Assembly (NCBI GenBank): GCA_036337435.1
Contig: JAYZEG010000033.1
Coordinates: 24,744 to 88,743 of the forward strand
Length of the DNA: 64,000 nucleotides
Origin: Myxococcota bacterium
GTDB lineage: Bacteria; Myxococcota_A; Bradymonadia; UBA7976; UBA1532
Direction: 5' to 3'
Part shown: positions 1 through 9,847 of the stretch, in pieces
Position numbering within the stretch: the first letter of the stretch is position 1
How the letters are laid out: the number at the start of each line of letters is the position of its first letter
Position numbers and translations under genes: made by a program
The notes under the pieces: model-generated
Told to the model about the DNA's origin: nothing
The model's input: the letters and a program-made list of their open reading frames with translations, nothing else
The model's database searches: none

Positions 1-247
1 AGCCAAGGCTCGCAACACAATGGAGAACCTTATTTTCTCGGCACCACTTCTGAAGGGACAAACATTCTGGGCTGTCAGCGACCGATGGCATTTGCCCCGC
101 ATAAAGTCCATCGCCCGAACGCTGGACATGGACGCAATTCCTCACCCTGTCGACCGTGTTCAACCGATGATAAGCTATGCCAAGCAACTCGTACGTGAAG
201 GCCTATCGGTTACTCACAGATGGGCGAATCCGGTTCTCTCATTGTAG
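1..247 (+). CDS. YdcF/DUF218 (ElyC/SanA-like) family protein, 5'-truncated by window edge
   Basis: The frame is open from the window start and reads AKARNTMEN...WAVSDRWHLPR...VRE. This matches the xxNTxEN, VS/TxxxHxxR and RE motifs of the family. Confidence 0.75.
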   Translation, partial: AKARNTMENLIFSAPLLKGQTFWAVSDRWHLPRIKSIARTLDMDAIPHPVDRVQPMISYAKQLVREGLSVTHRWANPVLSL

Positions 248-793
248 TGTGCTGGGGCTGCCCACCAGTTGCGCTGGGTCGATTCCGAATTGGCGAATGC
301 TCCGTTCCCAGACTTCGTTGGCAGGCCATTCAAAGACCATTTCCGGGCGTACAGCACAATGAAGCCAGGACCCTTCAGCAATTTCCTGCTCTAGTTGTCC
401 AGGCCCCCAGCCTGCGTATCCGATTATCAGTCGCAGATCGGGTTCATTCGCTTCGAATAACTGCTCCAATGCAGTTTTGCTTCGGCTGACCCCAAAAGCG
501 TCATCTATGACCTGGGTTTCATCAAATGACCAAGTCGGTGCATGAACCATCCAAAGAGATTGTCGTTCTACCGGCCCTCCACGCCGCAAATGAATATGAT
601 GCCCGACACTCCAATCCAGGTTAAATGTTCGTGCGACCTCACCGCAGAGGTGCTCCGTCTCGTGATTGATGACAAGGCCTAACGCACCTTCATCGGTATG
701 TTCGACCATCAAAATCACCGACCTGTGGAAATTGGGGTCAAGTAATTGCGGCATCGCGATCAAGACACCGGGTGCTGCTTGAAATCTCTCCAT
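239..793 (-). CDS. yqgE: YqgE/AlgH family protein (DUF179)
   Basis: Motifs [29 protein letters not shown] and [17 protein letters not shown]. The start overlaps the upstream stop (TAATG). Confidence 0.93.
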   Translation of the reverse strand: MERFQAAPGVLIAMPQLLDPNFHRSVILMVEHTDEGALGLVINHETEHLCGEVARTFNLDWSVGHHIHLRRGGPVERQSLWMVHAPTWSFDETQVIDDAFGVSRSKTALEQLFEANEPDLRLIIGYAGWGPGQLEQEIAEGSWLHCAVRPEMVFEWPANEVWERSIRQFGIDPAQLVGSPSTLQ

Positions 794-2265
794 TAACGGA
801 CACCAAGTTGGGTCATTATGGTCGACGGTCGCCTAAACAAACCACGGACGATGAGGTCATCCCAACCCGTTGGATCAAGAACGCTGGCAATGGACCACTC
901 ACCGAACTCACCATCACCACCTAATTCGACCCGCGCTTGGCGTTCATTGATGACTTTGCCCTCGCTGGTCCGTAAACGTTCCAGAAAGATCTTGCGAGCT
1001 GATGCGATGGGTGCCGGCTGTTGATTATATAAGTTTCGACCCCGAAGATGTTCAATGTCGGAGACAACTGCAACATCGCCATTGTGTAATTCGACGAGGG
1101 TTCCCACTGGAAGAAGACCTACAACAGCGAGGAAAACCCGTATGATACCAGCATCGAGGGCCGGGGGTGGATTCGTTAACAGTTCAAGTCCGACAGCAAT
1201 GGGAGACCGCGCTTTGCCTTTCTCACCGTGACGGACTTGCTGAAGATTGTAACGACTCAGCCCAAGCAACTGACTCCATGGGTGGGCACTCGGACTTTTG
1301 GGTGCCTCGTTTAACCCATTCTCGTCCTTGAGGGTCTCACGCCACCCAACGGCCGCTGAGACTCGATTGACTAACAGATGGTTGTACGCTGCGCCCTCCA
1401 CGAGCTGACGAAGTGCGAAGGACGCCACAGCTTTGTCCACGGAGATGTTGGCTGGGTCTGGATTTGGATAGGCATGCCCTGCTGAATGCAGAATCCCAGC
1501 GGTCGCTAAGTTTGAACATTCAACAGCTGATAAACCTAAGCCACGACCGAAAGCAGCTGCAAGAATCGCGCAATCAACTGCGTTACGCGCACTGCTCCAA
1601 TTTGCACCTGTCAATGTCATTGCGACCAGTAAATCTTGTTCCGTTGCGCAGGCATCAACCAATTGCTGGGCCGTACGTCGTGCGATGCGGACCTCGATGG
1701 GACGGCGCTGCAACAAGTCGTCGATACCGGCGGTTGCTTTGGCATAATTCCATAAAGTAGAGACGCCACGAACCCCTTGACCAACCCCGTCAAGTCGGAG
1801 CGGCTGTGGCGCAAGTTTGAGCTGTGATATCCCCAATTCGATAAGACGATACTGTAGTGACTGAAATTGACTCTCGGTGTCTTCGGGTGGCCGATGACGG
1901 GCAAATTCGAAAAAGAAGGTTTTAAGCTGTTCTTCGTTTGGTCGCTCGCCAAAGATGACGCCGCCGGCTTCGCGACGCGCCAAATAGCGTTCTAATTCTT
2001 GAGCTTGTTCAAGTGTCCCTCGGTCTAACCAAAGTGCATGACTATTGATCTGCGCAATTCCTTCATGGACAACAAAGCTGATGGAGCGGCGCTCCAAGCG
2101 AATCAACGCATCGAGTGCTTCCGTCAGTTTTTCGATGGGGCGGATCCAAGCCTCATTGTTCAAGTCATGAATCTCACCCGTTTTTAGAAGTGAGAACACG
2201 TAAATGAGTAAGTTTTTGCCCGCGGATTGAACCTTGTCATGGCTATCTCTCGTGGTGATATTCAT
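793..2265 (-). CDS. Degenerate HD-GYP-like protein with an uncharacterised N-terminal domain
   Basis: AILAAAFGRGLGLS...LATAGILHSAG and the C-terminal GLLPVGTLVELHNGDVAVV resemble HD-GYP proteins, but the HD, HHE and GYP residues are missing. Start moved to the ATG at 2265, immediately after the upstream stop. Confidence 0.65.
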   Translation of the reverse strand: MNITTRDSHDKVQSAGKNLLIYVFSLLKTGEIHDLNNEAWIRPIEKLTEALDALIRLERRSISFVVHEGIAQINSHALWLDRGTLEQAQELERYLARREAGGVIFGERPNEEQLKTFFFEFARHRPPEDTESQFQSLQYRLIELGISQLKLAPQPLRLDGVGQGVRGVSTLWNYAKATAGIDDLLQRRPIEVRIARRTAQQLVDACATEQDLLVAMTLTGANWSSARNAVDCAILAAAFGRGLGLSAVECSNLATAGILHSAGHAYPNPDPANISVDKAVASFALRQLVEGAAYNHLLVNRVSAAVGWRETLKDENGLNEAPKSPSAHPWSQLLGLSRYNLQQVRHGEKGKARSPIAVGLELLTNPPPALDAGIIRVFLAVVGLLPVGTLVELHNGDVAVVSDIEHLRGRNLYNQQPAPIASARKIFLERLRTSEGKVINERQARVELGGDGEFGEWSIASVLDPTGWDDLIVRGLFRRPSTIMTQLGVR

Positions 2266-2266
2266 A

Positions 2267-4876
2267 TCACTTCTCCGGCTCAGCTTCGACGTAGGCCTTG
2301 AGAAGGTCACTCAAAGCGTCTTCGCCACCAGGCTGAGCCGCCTCCCCCGCTCCATTACCCTTGTCGTCCTTGGGATCGTTGGTTCTATCTGTGTTCTCAA
2401 CTCGAACCTCTTCGGCAAGAATCTGTGGGGCTGGCGCATCGGGATATCGTGCGTCGTGGCCGACATCGTGGTCGGCACTCGATGCCTCCTGCGATTCATC
2501 TAGATAGTCTTTCAGCAAACTGTTCATGTCGGGTGTTGACTCAGGCGTTGACTCACCAAAGGCAGCGGGCGCGTCTCCTGATCCACCGAGATAGGCTTGT
2601 AATAGGTCGTCGACCTGCTCTGGCGACTGTGGCTCAGCTCGCCGCGGTGACCGCGAGCGTTCGATGATGCGCGGCGGGGGCAAAGTGGTTTTCGCCCGTT
2701 GCCTGACATCCATCGTTTGCTGACTGACTCCAATCAGCCCGAGATCAACGTCCACCACTTGAAACCGCTCACCCGATAGGACAGCGGGTGCCGCGACAAG
2801 GCGACGCCGATCCCATACGTCTAGAAAATCCTGATGATTCAATAACGGCGATGGACCCAAATCGGCCATCCCGGTGGCCACCACGGACACGACCGATGGA
2901 CCCGTCTGAGGCGCATTCGGTGCCGGAGGTGCATCCGCTCGGTGCTCGTTGGCTTGAGTCACAGCTGACTGGGCAGCTCGACGAGATTTAGCGTGGGCAA
3001 TCTTGGCCTCGATGTCATGGTAACCGAGGTCATCCAATGTGAATAAGAGGTGCCTGCCCATTCGGTGCTCGCCGATGGATAAGTCCTCATCAGCTGGCCC
3101 TTCGTCTGATAGCTCAAACTGCTCCTGGTCATCGTCGCTTGAAGCGCGCTGAGAGAGACGGATGACGACGTCGCAATGGGCAGCCAAACTGAGGTCAGCG
3201 CGCGTCTTGACCTCACGGATCAGCGCATTGGCCGCTGGGGTATTCATCACGCCGAGCGCTGAGATGACAGCCCGACGCGTGATGTTGTCGGTGACGCCGC
3301 TGGCTCCCCTTTTCAGGAGCTTACTCAATCCGCTCGTTTCCTCGAGCTGCAAACGTTCTTTGAGCAGGTCGAGGTGTTTTTCTCCGGACAGACGAACAAG
3401 AGATTCCATCAGCTCACGTTGCTCATCTTCACCTCGAGAAAAGAATTCTCCCGATTTGATTGAGTGGGCGAAATAAGTCACAACGGACTTGTCGTTCACG
3501 TCAACGAATCGCTTGAGAACGGCCCGTCTAACCGTGGGTTCCGGATCTTTGAGTAGGGGCAGCAAAGCCTCCCTAATTTCAAGGTCATACTGTTCCGACA
3601 GCCCTTCTATGGCCTTCGTTCGCACAGACCCCTCAGGATGTTTAAAGGCGTCGACAAGCAGAGATTTCGCCTGGGTTTCGAGGCCACTGCTCATGATCAC
3701 GTCGATGACTTCAAGAACAATACCTGGGTTCGGATCACGCATACGCTCGGCCCACGGATCGAGGGACGAAGTGCCCTGACGCCTGAGCTGATCTTTAAGC
3801 CAGTCCCGCCCACTCACGTTGCCGCAGCCGTTGACAAGTTCGAGCAATGTTGGCGCGGTCAGTTCTTCAGCAACGTGAAAAAACCATCGACTCCATGTTG
3901 TAAAATCAGTGTGTTCAGGGTCCAGGTGTTCTGCCACTTGCTCGGCCATATCTCGGCCCATAACAACCTTACGCAGTTTCTCTAAGCGCTCCAGTATGAG
4001 CGGCGAGAATGCATCTCTGACATCAAAAATGGTCTTCACAGTCCGCATAGCGTCTGCAAAACCTTGCCAATCTGCATCAGCGAGATAGGAGCTGAGCACG
4101 CGAACCCAGATCCCCTGTAGTTCAGCGTTGCTCAGCGCATTTCTCTCGGCGAGTGCCTGGCAAACACAGAGGTGAACCAAATGATTGGTATGAGCACCCA
4201 AGGTTGTTTCGGTGTTAAATAAGCCGCGCCCTTGACTGTCATCGGCCCCAAGTGCTTTTCGAATTTTCCGCTGTTCGACATCAGCGCGATCAACATCCTC
4301 ACGGGAATCTAAGCGAACCATTGCTCGGGGTTCGGCATCATCCTCGTCGTCGTCATCCATCTCAACCAAGCCGGGTGCAATGTCATCTAGCACGGTCCTG
4401 AATTGCTGAATAAACTCAGCCTCGGACATAAAGATCTTCTCGGTGAATGTGTCGATGGCAATTATGGTGATATGAGGACTCGAGTCCTGCCACATCATGG
4501 TGACGAAATCTTCATCGATCTGGTCTGCGCTCCGACACTCGGAGAACCGGCGGACTAAGCCTTCTAACTCGTCGTAGTCAACACCGGGCCGAAAGGTTAG
4601 TCTCCGTAGGCCCTGGCGGAAGAGGTCAAATGCCAAGTTATTGGTGCGGGCTTCAGATTTGTAGACCTCGTCATCTTCACCCATCATGATGCGGTTACTC
4701 GAGATGTCGAGTTCAAACTCGCCCAATTGACCGACTGCACGCTGCAGGATGTCGAAGATGCTCTTTACCGCATTTTCGTAGTCGGAGCGGTTTTCATTTA
4801 GCAAGGGGGCTGCGTCACGGATGCGCTTCAATAAGTCGCGTACGAGCTGCCCACCACCGTCATTCGCTACCACCAC
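2267..4876 (-). CDS. HEAT-repeat protein with a conserved N-terminal domain and a low-complexity acidic/Pro tail
   Basis: HEAT-like units DPNPGIVLEVI, HPEGSVRTKAIEGL and DPEPTVRRAVL. AGGAGG SD precedes the GTG start. Confidence 0.75.
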   Translation of the reverse strand: MVVANDGGGQLVRDLLKRIRDAAPLLNENRSDYENAVKSIFDILQRAVGQLGEFELDISSNRIMMGEDDEVYKSEARTNNLAFDLFRQGLRRLTFRPGVDYDELEGLVRRFSECRSADQIDEDFVTMMWQDSSPHITIIAIDTFTEKIFMSEAEFIQQFRTVLDDIAPGLVEMDDDDEDDAEPRAMVRLDSREDVDRADVEQRKIRKALGADDSQGRGLFNTETTLGAHTNHLVHLCVCQALAERNALSNAELQGIWVRVLSSYLADADWQGFADAMRTVKTIFDVRDAFSPLILERLEKLRKVVMGRDMAEQVAEHLDPEHTDFTTWSRWFFHVAEELTAPTLLELVNGCGNVSGRDWLKDQLRRQGTSSLDPWAERMRDPNPGIVLEVIDVIMSSGLETQAKSLLVDAFKHPEGSVRTKAIEGLSEQYDLEIREALLPLLKDPEPTVRRAVLKRFVDVNDKSVVTYFAHSIKSGEFFSRGEDEQRELMESLVRLSGEKHLDLLKERLQLEETSGLSKLLKRGASGVTDNITRRAVISALGVMNTPAANALIREVKTRADLSLAAHCDVVIRLSQRASSDDDQEQFELSDEGPADEDLSIGEHRMGRHLLFTLDDLGYHDIEAKIAHAKSRRAAQSAVTQANEHRADAPPAPNAPQTGPSVVSVVATGMADLGPSPLLNHQDFLDVWDRRRLVAAPAVLSGERFQVVDVDLGLIGVSQQTMDVRQRAKTTLPPPRIIERSRSPRRAEPQSPEQVDDLLQAYLGGSGDAPAAFGESTPESTPDMNSLLKDYLDESQEASSADHDVGHDARYPDAPAPQILAEEVRVENTDRTNDPKDDKGNGAGEAAQPGGEDALSDLLKAYVEAEPEK

Positions 4877-4911
4877 TAGAAAACGCCTCCTGCATTTGCG
4901 TCATCGAGGAG

Positions 4912-4940
4912 AGCGTAGCCTGGAAAAGGGCTTTCGACAA
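4912..4940 (-). promoter_or_regulatory. Putative sigma70-type promoter for the HEAT / HD-GYP-like / yqgE operon
   Basis: Minus strand TTGTCG-17 nt-TACGCT, about 35 nt upstream of the GTG start. Confidence 0.5.
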
Positions 4941-4998
4941 TCTTCGCGATGCCACAATTTTAGATTTATTTAGTCCCCGTCTCCAAAAGAGCTTATTT

Positions 4999-6147
4999 TT
5001 AGCTTGTCCTAATGAGTCGTTTAAAGCTGGTCATAGCCCGGATAATCTCGTCGTCAGTGGTATACGGCGCGGGTCCAAAGCGAATGATATCAGCACGTGA
5101 ATCAGCGAATATGCCCAGTTCACGAAGGGACTGGATCAGGCTTGACGCCCTCGGGTGCCGAATGGAGACGAAGCCGCCACGCGATGAATCCGTTGGGGTC
5201 AGAATATGACAATCTGGCAGTTGGTCGATGATCAACTGAGTCTGCTGAAGCGATGTTTCTCTGAGGGCCTCGATGGTCATGCCCTGCTGCTTGAAGAACT
5301 CGATCACCTCGACAGCGCGATAATGGCTCGCCGGATCATAGGTGCTGCCAGCGAAACGGTCCGCGGGCGTTGTTCCGTAGCCGATCTGGGTTCCTTGGCT
5401 CCCATCGAGCCCCGCGAAATCGCTGAACCAACCCGTGTAAATTGGACGGAGTCGGCACTCAGCGGGGACTCGCATCCAGCAACAGCCTTCTCCCCATTGC
5501 GCGTATTTATAGCCTCCGCCTGTAACAAAGACATTGTCGCTGGGCAGCGGACCTAATTGGTTGGGGACGGCAGCATAAGCATGATAGGCATCCAGCAAGA
5601 GTGGAATCCCTTTCCCGACCGCATACGCCATCAATTGGGGGAGCCTTGGCACCATCTCGGCGGTTTTGAACAAGACCGTAGACACCATCAGGGCAGCGGT
5701 GTTTGCGTTACATGCATCGGCCAATCGCTCGACCAATGTATTGATGGGGGTTGTCTGGACCCAATGAACACGAAGCCCTGCCTCTTCCGAGCGTATGAGT
5801 TGCCGTCGAAGACTATGAAACTCACCGTCAGTTGTCACAACGGTCCGGCCGGCGAGCTCTAGGCCCGATAAAAAACGAACCGCGAGTTCATGACTGTTCT
5901 GCGCAAGCGCGATTTCGTCTGGCTCTGTGTGTAGATAGTCAGCAACTGCAGCACGGACGCAATTGGCCTTTTCGGTCGCACATCGCCACTTGTCATCAAC
6001 GTGATTTGCGGCATCAAGATAGGCTTTCTCGAGACCAACTCGGGCCACATTAGGCCACGCCTGATGAGAATGACCCGTTAGAAGAATCCTGTCAGGGCGG
6101 AGAAAATCTGAATAATGGGACCGCAATTTTTCTCGATTTAGAGCCAT
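4999..6147 (-). CDS. kynU: Kynureninase (PLP-dependent, class V fold)
   Basis: Motifs LTGHSHQAWP, DAYH, GGGYKYAQWGEG (PLP lysine), TGWF and RGGF..DSR..IRFGPAPY. Confidence 0.82.
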   Translation of the reverse strand: MALNREKLRSHYSDFLRPDRILLTGHSHQAWPNVARVGLEKAYLDAANHVDDKWRCATEKANCVRAAVADYLHTEPDEIALAQNSHELAVRFLSGLELAGRTVVTTDGEFHSLRRQLIRSEEAGLRVHWVQTTPINTLVERLADACNANTAALMVSTVLFKTAEMVPRLPQLMAYAVGKGIPLLLDAYHAYAAVPNQLGPLPSDNVFVTGGGYKYAQWGEGCCWMRVPAECRLRPIYTGWFSDFAGLDGSQGTQIGYGTTPADRFAGSTYDPASHYRAVEVIEFFKQQGMTIEALRETSLQQTQLIIDQLPDCHILTPTDSSRGGFVSIRHPRASSLIQSLRELGIFADSRADIIRFGPAPYTTDDEIIRAMTSFKRLIRTS

Positions 6148-6241
6148 AACTGGTTCTCCGCTTTGAATTCGTGCAGACTCAACTTAGGATGCACAAGTTA
6201 CAGACGAGAGCATACTAGCAATTAGACTTCGGGGGAACTCT

Positions 6242-9070
6242 ATGGTCGAGCAAGTGACAGGCGCAGCCGACTGGCGCTCAGAAACTGAAAAACGCAAGTC
6301 TTTGCTACGGAAGGCGTGCATATCCATGTTCAAGACATGGATACCTGATCATCCTGAAGCATCGATGGCCAAGGGCGAAGTGTACCCCCAGTTTCGAGAT
6401 GCGACCCAAGATTTTGCGGACAGCATCTCGTTGGTCAGTCTACTGTCCTTCGGTTCCGAGGACATGTTCTGTCACGACTTTATCTCGACGCCCCTATCTA
6501 TGCAGGAACTGCTGGTCCAACGAGAAGGTACGGACGCGTTTCTCGATCCAAAAAATGCGTTGCGGGTGGTCCGACGAAAGTTTGGCATGATGACACTCAT
6601 CGCCCGAATGGCCAGCACCTTTGAGCAACGGAATATCGTGGCGATCCGTGTCACTCATGGTGCCGACCAAAACGAGCTCGTTGAGTTCGGACGAATCATG
6701 AGCACGCGCGTCGAAGGGACAGCAACGGAAGAAGAAGTCGAATTCAAAAAACGGTTGCGCACCGCCAACTGCCCACACTTTGAGGTTCTCTATCACAGCG
6801 ATTTAATCGGGCGCCGGGTGCCTGTGCCTTGGCCAGTCAAAGAGCTCTATTCACTGCTGGGTCGAACCTATCGACAAAAGAGGTCGATTCAACCAGAAGA
6901 ACTCGTTGATTTTGCCCACAAGCACACCAGCCGCCTTGGTGCAAAGGCGCTGAAACAGCTCAGTCTCTACTCCGAGGAAATGGCAACGGATTTAGACGCC
7001 GGCGAACTAAATCCGTTCGCAGACATTGTCAAAGCGGCTGATGAACGCCTTATGCTGACGGCCACACGAAGCATTTTTGACGAATTCAAGGCGTTGAGGA
7101 CACTGCGCCGACAAGAACGCATTAAGTCCAGTGATGAGCCGATGGACGCCTCCGAGGAGACCGACGATGGCGAACAACTCGAAGTCGACACCGATGAAGA
7201 ATTCGTTGCGGAAGCTCAAGCAGAACCAGGCGGTTTAGATGACGACGAGTTTTTTCGACTTGCAAAGGGTCTCGAACTCATCAGAAAGACCCTTGGAAAG
7301 GCGTTCTTTCATCGCATTTCGATGGTCAGCGGAGACGTTAACTTCGTCGATGCTGCACGGGCCGGGATCGACGGTCTCGATGAAGGGTCCGGTCACGTAA
7401 CAGACCCCGGCGAGGCATTGCTCCAGGCGCGAGACGTCACAGAGCCATTCTACAGAGCCCGTTCTCTGTCGGCCGTGGTCGCCCCTTTGCTCTCGGTGGG
7501 CCGAGACGATGATGCGAAGAAGGCGGCACTCGAATCTCTGGCGGCTGCCCGAGCCTGTCACGCTGATGATTCCGTATCAGCATACGCATGTGCGGTGCCC
7601 GCACTGCTGACAGCCGAGGAGTTTCGAGAGGCTGCCGGTGCGCTCGAGGTTGCTCTGCGAAAGGCCCACGACAACAAGAACGATGAGCAACGCGCATCGG
7701 CACTGATGCGAATGTGCTCAACTCTGATGGAGTCGGGTGCCTTACCAGCGGCAGTGAAGCGATCTCTTTCTCGTTCAATTCTGGGAGAAGACATCAATTT
7801 TTGGGGAAAGTCGGTCATTAAGTCGCCGCTTGTCGAAGTCATTCTATCCCTGCTGTCTGGTGTTGACGACGACACGCTTATTTTTCTGCAAAAGGTCGTC
7901 GTTCACCCAGACGACAGCATCCGACGCAGTGTATTGCGGACACTGCCCCTAGGCGAAAATGAGCACATTCGAAATATGCTGGTCTCACACTTAAAAGACG
8001 ATGTGACAGCTGTCCGGATTGAAGTCCTGGATCGAATTGGCACCAGCGGCGACCAAAGCCTAAGCATCTACCTGGTCAATCAATTCAAGCAAAAGACCGC
8101 AAACAGTGACGCCGAGAAAAGAGCCCTTGCCCTGAATCTGGCGCGACTTGGTGGCGTTCGCCACGTCCCCATCTTCAACGCGATGCTCGGTAAGCTCGCG
8201 ACTAAAGATGCACGGTTCATCAAGCGCTACAAACCCATCAATGACGATGCTGGTTTCCAAATTGCCGGGCTAGAAGCACTTTACCATCTCAAGAGTCGAG
8301 ACGCGCGCCGGCTCATCTACAATGCAGCAACCAAGGGTCGCGGTAAGATGAAGCCGATGGCTGCTCGGGTTTGGAATGCCCTCAAAAACCAGTCCTATTC
8401 AGATCCAACCCTTCCGCGTTCGACTCATGACCCTGAATACGATGCCGAACAGGATTTGACTCTTGAGCAGGTCTTGGTCGCTCATGAGGCACAATACGGC
8501 GGACCTGATTCCAAGCTGACGGAAGACCCAGGATTGCTTGGGCGCCTCAAAGCTAAATTTTTAGGGGAACAACCGCCGACCATGCCTCCAACGGCGCCAC
8601 CCGCTGTGGGTCAACACCTGCCGCAGCATGGTTCCGGAGTCGCCGACGACCCGACACCAACAGAGAGTCCGGAGTTGGATAAAGTGCCAACCGCAGAGCG
8701 ACTATCCACCGATAGCCAGGTCGATGAGGTATCTCCAGGACAAGAGCCAGTGCCCCCGGCGGAAGACGTTGGCCCCATCCGAGCGGGTCTCCGCTTTGAA
8801 GGGGTATTGAGTTCCGATGGTGAGAAATGGACGGGGACTTTGCCGATGAAGTTCACCCTCTTCGATGAGAAGAACGGAGGGAAAGCGTTCTGGAAGGAAG
8901 ATCGGGACCATGTCATGGTCACCGCCGGCCGTTTCGAAGTGCTCTTAGGCGTGGACCAAGCCCGCCTACCCGGATTGCCTCAAAAAGTCTGGCTCAATGT
9001 GGAAGTCGACGGAGACACCCTCGAGCCGAGGACAGAAGTGAGTCGATATCGGTCTGTGATTCAGGGCTGA
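6242..9070 (+). CDS. Large HEAT-repeat protein with a C-terminal fibre-N-terminal-like beta module
   Basis: HEAT units HPDDSIRRSVLRTL and DDVTAVRIEVLDRIG, then a Pro-rich linker. The C-terminus reads FEGVL..G..WTG..PMKFTLFD...GG..FWKE...V.V..GRFEVLLG...WLNVEVDG..LEPR. Confidence 0.7.
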   Translation: MVEQVTGAADWRSETEKRKSLLRKACISMFKTWIPDHPEASMAKGEVYPQFRDATQDFADSISLVSLLSFGSEDMFCHDFISTPLSMQELLVQREGTDAFLDPKNALRVVRRKFGMMTLIARMASTFEQRNIVAIRVTHGADQNELVEFGRIMSTRVEGTATEEEVEFKKRLRTANCPHFEVLYHSDLIGRRVPVPWPVKELYSLLGRTYRQKRSIQPEELVDFAHKHTSRLGAKALKQLSLYSEEMATDLDAGELNPFADIVKAADERLMLTATRSIFDEFKALRTLRRQERIKSSDEPMDASEETDDGEQLEVDTDEEFVAEAQAEPGGLDDDEFFRLAKGLELIRKTLGKAFFHRISMVSGDVNFVDAARAGIDGLDEGSGHVTDPGEALLQARDVTEPFYRARSLSAVVAPLLSVGRDDDAKKAALESLAAARACHADDSVSAYACAVPALLTAEEFREAAGALEVALRKAHDNKNDEQRASALMRMCSTLMESGALPAAVKRSLSRSILGEDINFWGKSVIKSPLVEVILSLLSGVDDDTLIFLQKVVVHPDDSIRRSVLRTLPLGENEHIRNMLVSHLKDDVTAVRIEVLDRIGTSGDQSLSIYLVNQFKQKTANSDAEKRALALNLARLGGVRHVPIFNAMLGKLATKDARFIKRYKPINDDAGFQIAGLEALYHLKSRDARRLIYNAATKGRGKMKPMAARVWNALKNQSYSDPTLPRSTHDPEYDAEQDLTLEQVLVAHEAQYGGPDSKLTEDPGLLGRLKAKFLGEQPPTMPPTAPPAVGQHLPQHGSGVADDPTPTESPELDKVPTAERLSTDSQVDEVSPGQEPVPPAEDVGPIRAGLRFEGVLSSDGEKWTGTLPMKFTLFDEKNGGKAFWKEDRDHVMVTAGRFEVLLGVDQARLPGLPQKVWLNVEVDGDTLEPRTEVSRYRSVIQG

Positions 9071-9073
9071 TTC

Positions 9074-9841
9074 TCAGCGGGGCCCTTCGAGCAACTCTTG
9101 CATTTCATTCTTTTCGGGAAGCGGACTGAAGGTCTGACCTTCGAAGGGCCCGAGTGAGATCTCAAAGCGGGCTGGTCCGAAGGGGGGTTCACCGGTTTCT
9201 CTGAGCTTGCCACGGTAGTATAAAGTTTGGCCTCGCGTATTGTCGAATCGACCTTGCCGGTCTACATTAAGACCCCGTTTCAGAGATTCCCAATGGAGGG
9301 GAAAATGATCTGATTGGCCGATGAAGAACTCGGATAGGGCTGTCATATCGGCACTGACCGCTTTGGGTGGGAAGATGACCGACGCCCCGTAGACCTGCTG
9401 ACCAACAATGGTAAATGTCATTTCCACACCATTGCTATTGATAAAAGTCGGCCCCGACGTGTCAGGGTCACCGCTTTTCTCTACCCAATGAGCGCGGTCC
9501 ATGACCCTCTTCAACCAAGATTTGCTTCGACCCAGCAATCCCGTTCGCTCTACTTCAACAAGCGAGAGCCGATCGTTCGTTTTTGGCCTGCTCTTTTTTC
9601 CAGACGAAATTAATCCGGGCTCCAGGACGTCAGCAGTCCCTTGACTCAACGCCTTCGTGGGCGGCAACTGTAAGCGTTTGACCACGGAACTACTGGATTT
9701 TTTGGACGTGTTTTCCGGCCGAGGCGGTTTCGTTTCACGTGGTTCTGATGCTGCAACCCAAAGGACGAGAGCGACCATCGAAACACCGGCCAACACGAGG
9801 CCTGCTCGTTGAAGGTTCACCGGCTGGCTCCCAACAAACAA
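9074..9841 (-). CDS. Hypothetical protein with an N-terminal membrane anchor
   Basis: Hydrophobic segment AGLVLAGVSMVALVLWVAA followed by a Ser/Lys-rich linker. Starts 6 nt downstream of the Cys-rich lipoprotein gene. Confidence 0.6.
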   Translation of the reverse strand: MFVGSQPVNLQRAGLVLAGVSMVALVLWVAASEPRETKPPRPENTSKKSSSSVVKRLQLPPTKALSQGTADVLEPGLISSGKKSRPKTNDRLSLVEVERTGLLGRSKSWLKRVMDRAHWVEKSGDPDTSGPTFINSNGVEMTFTIVGQQVYGASVIFPPKAVSADMTALSEFFIGQSDHFPLHWESLKRGLNVDRQGRFDNTRGQTLYYRGKLRETGEPPFGPARFEISLGPFEGQTFSPLPEKNEMQELLEGPR

Positions 9842-9847
9842 GAGTTT

